A stretch of 64,000 bases of DNA from Sarea resinae (taxonomy: Eukaryota). The notes below the pieces were generated by a model. That model made no database searches, was not told the DNA's origin, and saw only the letters and a program-made list of their open reading frames with translations. Both the position numbers and the translations under genes were made by a program. Location: the NCBI GenBank assembly GCA_026026165.1, contig JAPEUD010000011.1:1-64000 (forward strand). The letters are read 5' to 3'. Within the stretch, counting starts at the first letter, position 1, and each line of letters begins with the position of its first letter. Positions 1 through 11,677 of this stretch are shown piece after piece.

Positions 1-180
1 TTGCATGATTCTGGAACGACACCTTGCAGGAGGGGGCCTTGCTTGGCTTGCTAGATAGGGGAGTTCTGTAGTTGATTGTCTTGATAATCTAGTAGGACAT
101 CAGGCTGCAACAAAGGAGTAGGTACATGCTTTGCGCAATTCAGAGCGATGAAAGACTTCAACTCCACAAGTTCTCAAACC

Positions 181-3100
181 CTAGTTCTCCATGTGCGTTG
201 CTCGAGTGACCCCAGCCGCTGGGGAATGATCTTGCCCTCCGACAGGAGCACCACACTCTGGGCAGCAAGCTTCCTCCATTGGCATTCCGCATTCGCCAAT
301 TGCAAACTAGTTCATTGATCAGCATCTCGAAAAGATCCCGCCATGGTAGAACTCACTGGATGACCGTTCTTACAATTATACCAATGACCAGAATTTGTAG
401 CCAATCCGGATTCACCACTGACCATGGCCGCTTTAATGGCAGCCAGCTCTCCCGCGCTGATCGGTTCATACCATTCCTTTCCGAGTTGGCGTAGTGTCTG
501 CTCGACCGCCCTTTTCAACCCGGCGGCATTTTGGAAGTTGGAGCTGCACATTTCTTGTGCCTCCTCCAATAACTCTTTTGAGCGAGCCTTGTATGCTGCA
601 AAGTTGAGATGCGGACCGTGTGAGATGAAAAGTGTCGAATTGTACATGCTCGCAATTCTCCCGTAGTATAGTCGCGCCTCGACGTTGAATCGTAAAAGTA
701 TCTCGGCACTACAATCTGCAATGAACTCCTCACAAGATTTGAAGAAAGACACTATACTCTTCATAATATCCGTGCCGGAAATCTTCATGTAGCCAACTTC
801 TCTCAAAACATGTCCAAAGGACCGGACTATCTCGATTTGATCGGTCAGGGTGATATATGTAACCTTTAGTTTAGTTGCAAGGCCACCAAAGATAATTCTT
901 CTGTCACGCGAAGATATTGGGATTCCACCAATAGTCAGAAGCTTCATTTGGTCCTCGATGGGTTTCTTTGCGCGGAGGGTCTTGACTGTGGCATCATACA
1001 GCTTTCGTATCGGTTGATCCTTTTCGGATACCCTACTCAGGAAGGATGCAACGGCCTTGGCTAATTGACCTGACATTACCAATCTCCGATCCAGCGCATT
1101 GGTAATCTCTGAAGACTTGGCTGGCTTTGTGGGATTGTCAGCCGTATCAATAAAATCTTTCAGCTTCTGTCTGGAACCTTCGAAATCAAGTTCTATCGAA
1201 ATGGCTCGATCTTCGATTGCTTGGAGATCTGCTTTGCCGCTGACAAGAAAGCGCTTAGAAGACTCATCGATGACGGCGTGGTTGATAAGTCTATTGTAAC
1301 GCTGAGTCGCATGTTGCTGGATAGGACGCTGACAATCTGGACATCGAGGAATCGAGTGACTAAACTCCATTTCCCTTAAGCTAACAAAGCATCCGTTAGG
1401 GTCCACATTGTATACATTGGCCATGCCGACATGTCCGTCTAATGTCTCTGCGGTGAAGAAATGGCCACAGCTCAAGACAACGATTGGGCTTTCATCCAGA
1501 TCAACCTCTCCATAGGTTTTGAATTCGAGCATATCGACTCTCTGCTCTTTCTTGTCAGAGCATATCTGGCAATAATCTGATGGACAGATCTCGCCACAGA
1601 GGCTTGGACAGCGATGCCCGCATTTGAGCACCGTGGAACAGCGTTCTGAGCATGGAAGACGATCACAAGGTGCGGCGCAAGGCATAGTACATTGACCTTT
1701 ATGCTCGCAGGCCCAGGTACAATCTTGTATGCATGGTGCACAAGCGTCACGGCATTTCTTATCACATCGAGAGTGGCCACATCGGACCTACATATGGTCA
1801 GTAAATGAGACGTTGACACAAGGCTAGGATGTTACCTCGCAAGGAAAGACGCAAAGCCCGCAGGCGCTACCATCGTGGCACTTTTCAGGGCAGGTGTGAT
1901 TGCAAGTCCCATGTCGTCGTCCACAGACCTTGCTACATTTGCGGTGCTGAAAAGCTAGAGGACGGTCTCTGGAATCCGTTCCAAGAACTCGAACAGTGCA
2001 CTGACCGCAGCTACCCCCACACGGGTGACCGCATGACAGAATAGCCGTACAAGGCTCTACACACTTGAAGTCTTCGTCAACAACTTGATGGCAATAGACG
2101 TCAACAACATGATTGCATCTTGGCACGGTCTTCGAAACCAAAATCTTGCATTTGACCTGGAATAAATCCCTCGTTTCGTAGCATTTGAGTTCACCCTCGA
2201 TATGTCCGCAAGGCAACCCGATATTCATGACCTTGGCGTTGCACCGACCGCAGGGATCGCTACAGTCCTTTGGGCAGCTATGACCGCAGGAGTCGAAGAG
2301 CCGTTCACAAGCTTGAGGGCATCTGAAGACCTGATGCATGGAGTTGGAATGGCATTTCGCCAGACACTTATGGCCGCAATTAGGGAGTCGTCTAGAAAAT
2401 GTCAGTAGAGTTAGATGATATGAGAAAATAACTCGCCTATCACAAGGCTCTCTACATCCACCTTCTGGGCTGACGATTGCAAAGTCTTCTGGTTTTGAGA
2501 CCGACAACTCGGTTTCCGTGTGTCGAGAACAACATAAAGCGATTGCGTTGCCTATAGACCTATTTTCGCGGAGGATACCAATAACCTGAGACCACATCGG
2601 GATGTTGGCATAAGTGCTGGCGTTCCCGATGAGATACATTCCGTGCTGAGCTCTGCTGAGGAGAACGTTGATTCGATTGGGAGTCTTTAGGAAGCCGACC
2701 TCCTTTCGGTTGTTACTTCGTACTAGAGAGACGATAATGATCTTTGCTTCTTCTCCTTGAAAGTTGTCGACGGTTGCGATTCTCAGAAGATCACTCATGG
2801 CTTTCTTTTCCAGAACGGGGCCAGCGCCCTGGTTATAGAAATTCGATGACGGTTTCTCGTCCGGAAATCCATCTTTGATAAGGGTTTCCTCATCCCTATC
2901 ACTTAAAACGATTTCAAAGTCCATCCTCATTGCAGCGCGGAGCTTCTGGAGTTGACCGACATAAGGCGTCAGAACGGCGATATCTTTGCTGCTGTACACT
3001 CCTTGTCGTACAATATGTCGAACTAAACCATGCACCATCTTCGCCTCCCAGGCGTTGCTTTTCGATGTTTGGTTCGCCTCGGACCGAGAACCGTCTTCGG

Positions 3101-6100
3101 GATGTGTATGGTCATACCAGAAGACGTTCTTCCTCATCCCAACGACATCTGGGAGACTCTTGGTATTTTCGTGATCCACTAGTCGCCCATAGAGAGTGGC
3201 GCGGATAAGGACTGATATTTCTGGTCTCATTCGTCGTTGAACGTTCAATTGAGCTACTGGGAAGGGTGGCTTGTTGTGGTCGCCAATCGCAAGTCGCTCA
3301 AATTGGCTGCGATCCAGGCGGTAAAGTCTTCCTTGCTGGCTCTCGCCGGATAGATTAAAGTTGTTGATCTGAGGTCGCAGTTGTTGATGATCTCCAATCT
3401 GAATGAGATGCTGGACGCTCGGGACGAGCGCAGATAACATGTGCGCTTCCAATACTTCGCCTGCTTCTTCGCAGATGACCACCTTCGCGTTCAGATGCCG
3501 CAGAACCGAAATTCGTTTCGCCAGCCCAGATGTCGTTACACCTATTACGTCCGCCGTTTCCAAAACGCGCCGGTCTATCTCGTCGTGGACATTGGCAATT
3601 TGCTGTCGAAGCCTATAGTCCTCCTTGATTCCATCGAAAGCCTCGTTGAAGGTGATGGTTCGGATTTCTGATGTGATATGATCAACGAATACTTTTCGAT
3701 CGGCGAGCGCCAATTGGTAAGCATTGTTTCTTGCCGTCGAAAGTATGGTAGTGAGGTCGCCAGCAGCAGAGTTGAGCTGCTGTAGATTCTCGCCTTTCCC
3801 AGTCTTCCAAAGATCAAACGGCTGAACTCTTCCGACGCGAGTGAAGCCATCCTTGTCGGTACAATTGAATTGCGAATGAATTTTCGGATAATTGAGACGT
3901 AAGTGGGAACTAAGAGCCTCCCAGCTCGACGTTTGGAGGCCTCGAAGGAGTTTGAGCCTAGAGGTGACCGGGCCTTCTTGCGCCTCCATGCTTCCATAAA
4001 GACACCCTACCAGATGTCGTTCACCGCCTGTCTTTCCCTCGCTCTGAGCGATGAGGCGCAGGTTCTTCCCTTTCAAGACGGGTGAAGTACTCTGGCCACC
4101 AATCCGGATGACTTTTTTGATTCCGCTTGCCATTAGGTGCTCTAAGAATTGGTCCAAAGCATGATTTGTGTAGCAGACGACTAGTATCGGTCCGATGTTT
4201 GCTGCTTCCTTATTCGCAATAAGGACACGCATAATTTGAAGTCCCAAGTACGATTTTCCCGTCCCGGGAGGACCCTGAATCAATGTAAATTCACTGGTGA
4301 GTGCACCGATTAACGCTTGACATTGTCCTCGATCTAATGTGGTTGATTGTTCGAGCTTGGGGAGTATATCATGGGAACCGGATCCCGGACGTAGCGATAA
4401 AGCATCGGTAGGATCCTTGAGGATGGGCTTCAGATCGAACGCAAAGCTGTCAGCCCGAGCATAGAGCGGAGGTGGTACCTGTAACTCTTCTGTTTTTCCA
4501 ACGGGATCATACTCCACATCCGGAACGATCCAATCTTCGAAAGGCAAGTGGCTGACCTTTTGCATATGCTGCAAATTCTCCAATGTCGGCACAAACGTGC
4601 CAAGCAAGATTCCCGGGAATTCAATCAGAACGCTCTGATCTCTCTCTAAATGAGTCAACTTCATTAGGGATACTACTTGGCCACGATCAATTCCAGATGC
4701 GAGCGTGCTGATGATGGTTGCAAAATGACCAGAGGAAGCGAGACCATATCGTTCTTCTGGATCCGTAAGTCTCTGGCTTACGGTGAAGAACAAGAGTGAG
4801 CCGACTCCGTCAATCGAGGAAAGAAAGCACAACAGGGAGCCTTCCTGGAGACGCTTCGAGTCCTCCCACCACAGCTTTCGCTCAAAGACCGATTTCTTTT
4901 GGAGGTGGTCAGGCTGTGGGAAAGAGATCTGAGCCTCGAGACCTCGCCTCTTGGTAAAAGCAAGCCACTGCACACAGGCATTGTTGTAGAAGACGGCATT
5001 CAAGTTCCCCGAAGACGACCTCGGGCTTTGGGCCTGCTGAGGACCGATCTCGCAAGCTCTGAGCTGAGCACCAAGGATAGACTTGAGTTCTCCGAAAATA
5101 TCATGGCGAAGGAGTCGAAAATGAGTATCAAGAAGTCTTTCCACGCCCTGTGAGAAGTGTAGTTGTCTGATGTCCGTTGAAGGTAGAAATTCCGGGTGGA
5201 CTGACCGGATCTCTTCTTCTGTAGGAAGGATTTTGACCTCTGTGATATCCATGTTGTCGTTATCGTGACGATCGCCAGGGACCTTGATATCCAGTTGATA
5301 TGTCAGAGTGTCTCGAGCCTTTGTCTGTTGATCAATGTCTTTCACTAGGAGGCCTCGCGCACGCTGTATCATTCTTTGGATCTCGGTAACACGTCTTGTT
5401 GCACTTTGAACGAGAGTTGACTTGGGATCAAGACGATCAGAGATGTCCTTTAGGCGGTCCATCAGTCCGGGAAGGTCCTCATGAAAAAGGGCTTTCTGGT
5501 TACGTCTCACAACTTCGCGTAAAGAGGTAACCATCGCAAAAAGTATTGTATCGAAAGTCTTCATATCCCATGATTTCGGGAGTTCCTCCCACAAGGTAAG
5601 ACTGAGGCTTTGTGAAAAGGGAACGATTCTGGTACCACCACTTCCGCTGATGAAGTTATAGATATCACCCACATAAATGTCCACGGACAGGCAATCGAGG
5701 AGAGCCGGATGAGTAGCAGCCTCAAGAAAAGGACCACTGAGCTCGATAAATCTGGAATTGCCAGTCGCCTCTGGTCTCAGCTCCAACAGGTGGCGAATGT
5801 GCTTGTAGCCTTCCAATTGCTCCTCGTCAACGAGGTCTCGGGGTAGTCGCTGTTGCCAGTCTTTGTTGCCACTCCCGAGGATTTGAAGAGCTCCGTTCCA
5901 GAGGCTTCGAACGGTTTGCCAATCGCCATGTTTTGGGGGTTTCCTCAGAAGATTCTTCCATGACATGTAGTCCTCCTTCGCCTGAAGCTCCTCGGGAGTT
6001 CTCTCAGTGCTGACGTTGGGCTGGCCCGAGACCGACGGACCACGACTCCCATTTGACGGATGTCCGCCGCGTCCTTCTGGATGTCCGCCGCGACCTCTCC

Positions 6101-6146
6101 GCCTGCCGCCGCCTCTGGAACTCCTGCCTCGATTATGTGGCGGCAT
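181..6146 (-). CDS. ZNFX1: ZNFX1-like protein: SF1 (Upf1-like) RNA helicase, NF-X1-type zinc fingers, RING-like segment and C-terminal RZ finger; spliced
   Basis: ORFs 1824..6146 and 312..1685 join through introns 1788-1835 (GTAAC...CTGAC...TAG) and 307-356 (GTGAGT...TAG), plus a probable in-frame GC-AG intron at 2392-2436. Helicase motifs: QGPPGTGKS, CYTNHALDQ, CEEAGE, QIGDHQQL, LNVQRRM, TVDNFQGEE, RINVLLSRA. Repeated CGHxC fingers follow. The last exon completes HWYNCKNGHP|FAIGECGMPMEEACCPECGAPVGGQDH, with stop TAG at 181-183. Confidence 0.92.
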
Positions 6147-6359
6147 CGTTGCTCGTTTAATTTGGTGGCAAGGTATGAGTTGTCAAGAACGCCTTCGATG
6201 GCAGATCGCAGCCTCTCAGGCCGATCAACGGATAGGTGACTAGGGTAGCAGACTGACAGTTAGTAAAAGGGTAGTTGGTAGAAAGTTGTCTTTCTATACC
6301 GGTAGACCGGCGTGGTGGTAGATAATTTGTCGGTGGACAAGGCAGACAAGTGATGATTG

Positions 6360-6414
6360 TAAGGTGATGGTGAAAGGTGATGATGAAAAGGTGATGATGA
6401 AAAGGTGGTGATGA
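6360..6414. repeat. Imperfect tandem repeat of about 13 nt (AAAGGTGATGATG-like, 3-4 copies) upstream of the ZNFX1-like gene
   Basis: Read directly: aaggtgatggtgaaaggtgatgatgaaaaggtgatgatgaaaaggtggtgatgag. Confidence 0.7.
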
Positions 6415-7071
6415 GAAGTTGAGTGGATGAGTATGTGTACGGGTGAAGTGAGTAGATATTTAGTAGGCAAGTGTGGAGGGCGGACGTGAGAGTTGTAGAA
6501 AGATGGTCGTACGCGCATTCCACCATCCAGAAAGCAGGATACAACGGACAGTGAATGGAGAAGTATATCGAAGTTTCAGATTTCGGATGAGTTCGGGTGT
6601 GAGTTATGAGCTGGAGGCTGATTGTGTTTACTCACGGTCGTGAACGCCAAAGCATTCTATCACCTTCTTGTTCACCTCATTACAATTGCCAGACGGGCTC
6701 CTCCTCCATTGTGCCCCGTCGAAGTGAGTTCTCGGAACTTGCTCGAAGCCGCCGTGAATATAAGAATAGAATGTCAAGAACATCAAACAAAGAGATTGTC
6801 AAACTTCACCATCGATATCATAGCATTTAGACAGCCACGTAGCATGCGCCAGTCTATATAGAACTACTCACCCAACGAACCACATCTCATTCCAATCTGA
6901 AAGCCTGAGGTGATGCAAAGCAGCCATAGGTTTGCGTATTCTGAGGACGGTGTCGATCAAAAGCCGTCAAAATCTATATCTGGATAGCTACCAAAAGCAC
7001 CGCGAACAGGCATTACATGAGGAAAGATTCAGATGAAGGTGAGGTTTGACAAGTCAGCAAGTCAAAAGCTT

Positions 7072-9113
7072 TCAAACGCTCGTCGTGTCTGTTTCTCGAA
7101 CTTCTAGCTCGTGGTTCGCCTCAACTATTCCATCTTGAGTCTGGAGTGCCTCGCCGACGCCCAAGCCTGTCTTGGTCTCTACGTAATCCGTGCTCAAGGT
7201 ATGCTTACCAATAAAGCCGCTAGCCACCAGGCCAACTGCTGAAACACAGACATAAAGGACCCACATGTATTTGAGGCTGTTTGCGTAGGCCTTGCGTGCA
7301 ATATATCTTTGTTCCGCCGTTGGCAAAGTCCCTACAACCATGACGCTTGCCTCCGCATTCCCGCCGCTTAGCTTAGCAGCTACAGCAGGACCAAGCGCCA
7401 ATCTGAGTGAGGGGGCATGTGCTTGCATTCCTTGGTTGAATACGACACCTCCGATAACGATAGACATTGCTCTGGCAACGTTGCGGACGAAGCCTAGGGT
7501 TGAGGTTGCAGTCGCGACATCATTTGGATGTACAAGCGTCTGCAAGGCGATTAGGGGCGACTGGAAACAGGGTCCGATGCCTATACCGGCAACGAGCTGA
7601 AAGATGACGATTTCACTTATGGTGCTGTTCACGTTCAGATCGATGAACAGGCCAAATCCAAGTGTCATGATAAACATGCCGATCCAGATTGGCTCCAGAT
7701 ATTTACCTGTCTTTCGAGTGAAGAATCCCGTGATAACGTTGCTGACCGACATCGTGACGGCGAACGGGATCAGGAATAGACCTGATATTAGAGGAGAAGA
7801 TCCTCTCACAGACTGGAAGAAGAGAGGCAAGTAATAGTCTCCAGCAACGTAAACCTGTCGTTTGGTTAAATTCCACCTGCAACTTTGCAGAGCCAGAGCA
7901 AACTCACGAATCCGTGACAAAATGTGGTGACCAGAGTCGCGATATTAGATCGCCGCTTGAATAGTTGTAATGGCATCAGAGGGTACTTGGCCACCTTGGC
8001 CTCGACGAAAAAGAAGACAATGCTCATAAACACACCAAAAACAACAAGGCAAATCACCTTTGGGGAGTTCCACGGAAAAGTAATCCCTCCAAAATTGAGG
8101 CCAAGCAATGTCATCAGAGTAACGCCAAGTATGGCAAAGGAGCCTACCCAATCTACAGCTTTCAATCCAACTACCAACGGTGTTTTGGGTGTCTTCAAGT
8201 CCAGACACAAGAGTAAGATGACGAACGCTATGGCGGAGATCGGAACTGCTCTTTTTCAGCGCTTGTATAGAGAGAAGCCAACCAAAATACCCACGGTTGA
8301 TATAGAAGCACCATCTCCATGACGCTAATTGCGTGAACATTCCACCGAGAACGGGTCCCAAGGCTCCAGAGGAAGCATGGACGAGACCAAGAAGGCCTAG
8401 GAAAGTACTACGATTTCTGCAAAGTTCAGCCAAACATCTATACTGCGATGAATCATTGGAAGAAAGCATACCTCATGCTGAACAGGTCACTGATGCATAT
8501 ATTGGCCAGAATATTCAGGCCGCCTCCAGCGCTGCCCTGCACCACTCGTCCGATTATGAGCATCATCATACCCGTTGAGACGCCACATAATAACGACCCA
8601 ATAAAGAACAGTGCCACGGCTCCGAGAAGAATTGGCTTTCGGCCCCAGATATCGCTGAATTTGGCCCACATCGGACAGGAGGCGGCATGTGCGAGAAGGT
8701 ACGCTGATCCTACCCAGATATATCCGGAAGACGAATGGAATTGAGCTGAGATGGTAGGGAGAGCCGTCGTAGTGATGGCCTATAAGAATTAGTCGTTGGG
8801 CCTCTGTCAGCTTTTTTTTCCGCCGGCAATATACTTACACCATCAAGAGACGCAAGAAATATCGAGGACTAAGCAAAGGTCAGGTCAACGGTCTCCCAAG
8901 AAGACAGCCACGGCTCACACAAAGCGACACCATGATGAATGTGTTTTGCATTCTGCTTCGGCCATTCGACTGGCTGTTGGCCCGTCCCACAGGACCCTCG
9001 CAAGTAGCAATGTCTTTGTCTGGACTGGTCGATCGAGCGACAGCGACATCGTGGGATTGCGCCGCCGTCGACGACCTCTCGACATTTGTGGTGACTTCAC
9101 GTATGTCATCCAT
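7072..9113 (-). CDS. MFS drug:H+ antiporter, DHA2 (14-TMS) family; spliced
   Basis: Six exons; introns 8869-8918, 8780-8838, 8417-8471, 8246-8294, 7855-7907. The product carries FLASLDG-AITTTALPTI, SDIWGRK, IIGRVVQGSAGGG, GPVLGG, WRWCFYINLPI and many hydrophobic helices. Confidence 0.9.
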
Positions 9114-9629
9114 CTTGCACACGAGGTCCTCGATGATATTATGTCATGACAGAGGCCTTCTTCGCTCGTTGATTATTGTTAATCGAGGCTCTTCCCTGTC
9201 AGCGACGATAAGGCCGCGGGGCGGTGGTCCATTCCAATGTGTTGATACCTTCCATGTTAAGGTAGGCGGTACGGCAGGTCCCATGGATATACAAGTGGCC
9301 TATCCACTGTACAGCGTAGTACTCCGGAGTGCTCTACCTATGCAAATTATGAATGCACAAACTCCAAAATGATCGGGACGCCACTTCCGCCGCCTTGCTT
9401 CGGTCGGGCCGGGCAATCTTTAAACGCGAATCGAATACGCCAGGATCGACAAAATGCGAAATGTCGTTATTGCCGAGCTTCGGCGTTTGCTCTCCTGCAA
9501 TACATGGATCACCGCAAGGGTCTCTAATGCCTCAACGGCTCCCGTCAATTCCATGGCATTCCAGCGCTTCCCCTCCGTCATCGTTTCTCCCTCGAACCTC
9601 TTGCCTTTGCAACTCCAGGCCCATAGACC

Positions 9630-11677
9630 ATGGATTCTGGCTCACGAAAGCACGCGGCTCGTGCTTGCACTGAGTGCAAAGAGAAGAAGATTCGTTGCCT
9701 GCCAAATAACAAAACGCCTGGTGTCTGCCAGAGGTGAGGGTTCATCTCGATCTGGACCCTGATCTTCGTGTGCGCAGTGCTGACCCCGGCCTTGGAAGGT
9801 GCGCGCGGTTTGGCAAAGAATGTACCGTGCCCGAAATCCGGGAACAGCCTCACCGCAGGAAGCGTATGTCCGCCTCAGCCCCCTCGTGATGATTGATCTG
9901 ATTGATCGCTAGTCCTCAACCGAGTTGGCCAACTGGAGAAGAACATGGATGGAATTGTAGCTATGCTGGCTGATCAGCGGTCACCCGCTGCGATGGCGGA
10001 AGGAGACCACTTGACACCAACTCCGGCATCGACTTCCAGCGTGACAACGTCCCCATCCGCGACAACTTTATCCAACGACCTTCGGCGCGATGTGATCGAT
10101 ACCGGTTTAGTGACCATCGAGCAAGCAGAGACCTTCGTACGAGACTTCCGGGGGATGTCTATACATTTCCCCTACGTCCTCATCTCGCCACACACCTCGT
10201 TGTCTGATCTGCGGAACGAATCACCCGTGCTACTCCAGGCAATCTTTGCGACCACCTCATGGCGGAACAGATCGTTACAAATAGCGCTCGAGCGAAACTT
10301 CTTGAGAGATCTGAGCACGCGACTGTTGATGGAAGGCCAAAAAAGCTTGGATCTGCTTCAAGGACTCCTGGTATATGTTGCATGGTTGGTCGTTCCGCCG
10401 TCGTTTACTTGTAGCCATTGACGGTAGCCCTTCAGGTATCACTTCCACATCTCTCCGTCCATGCAGCAATGCTATCGTCTCACCGCGCTCGCCGTTGCAA
10501 TTGCGGTGGACCTCGGACTCAATCGAAGACCCAGGAAGAGCGAGAAGCAGAAAATGTGCATCGAATCTCATGCGTTGTTTGCACAGGGTTTGACACCTGC
10601 TGGCCCAGACTTTTGGAACCGCGAGGCGAGGCGTGCCTTTATCGGCTGCTACGCTCTGTCGAGTTCGTGCGTTACCTTTGAATCCAGTTTGACAACATTC
10701 TTACGGGTTCAATAGATATTCTCTGACGCTAAGGAAGACGAGTCCTCTCAAGTTCACAGACTACATACAAGACTGCGCTTCTTCCCTGGAAGCTGAGCGA
10801 CAAGTACCATCAGATGCGATGATTGTCCATTACATCCGTCTAATGCGCCACGCGGATGAAGTGTGTGAGACATTTGGCTATAATGATTCGGATCAAAGTC
10901 AGATGATGAGCGAAGAAAAGATTCATCTTTACGTCAATTCATTCGGCGCAAAATTGGAGTCCATTAAAGCAAATCAGCCCTTGACATTTTCACAAGAACG
11001 TAAGCAACTTGAGCCTGTCAAATCTAGATTCAATTAATGACACGGGGTCAGCGCACTGTGTAATCCGCTACCATCTCCTTCAAATCTATACCCACGAGAT
11101 TGGCCTTCATGAAAACCTCCAGACTTCGAGTCCTTCGGTCCATCGTACGGCGATTCTTTACGACTGTCTTATCCACGCGAAGAGCTATTTTGAGGCTGTG
11201 CTTGCTCTATCTCGGGAAGATATGTATTCGTGGACCACCCGCCAGTGGGCATGGCTCAACTACGTGATTAAACTAGTCAGCCGCGTCTCGTTATGCGCCG
11301 ACTCTCCGGCATGGAATATCAACGTAGCGCAGTCAGTCATGAGGCTAGATGCCTTCTTGGAACCGCTCTGTGTCCGTCTGAAGGAGCTGTGTGCTCTAAT
11401 ATCTCTGGTCGAAGGCGCAAGTAGCTGGTATCATAATTTGATGGTACAGTGGGAGATTGCAAAGAGTCACTATCAGGCGGACTCTATCAGGCAGACTACC
11501 GAGCTATCTCGAGCAGCCCAGGGAAGGCCGAGAGATGAGGGGCTCTCAACTCCTGGGATGAATGCCTTCTCGAACACCTCCTCGGCAACCCTAACGAGTT
11601 TCGATTCAATCGACTTTGGAGATGATGGCTTCTGGATGCCTTCAAACTTGAATCCCTGGTCAATGGGCGGAATGTGA
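9630..11677 (+). CDS. Zn(II)2Cys6 transcription factor; spliced, divergent from the MFS gene
   Basis: ATG at 9630. Exon 1 gives MDSGSRKHAARACTECKEKKIRCLPNNKTPGVCQR; after intron 9733-9798 it continues CARFGKEC, completing six Cys. Later exons carry middle-homology-region text (KSLDLLQGLLVYVAW, DLGLN). Stop TGA ends at 11677. Internal exon boundaries are approximate. Confidence 0.85.
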
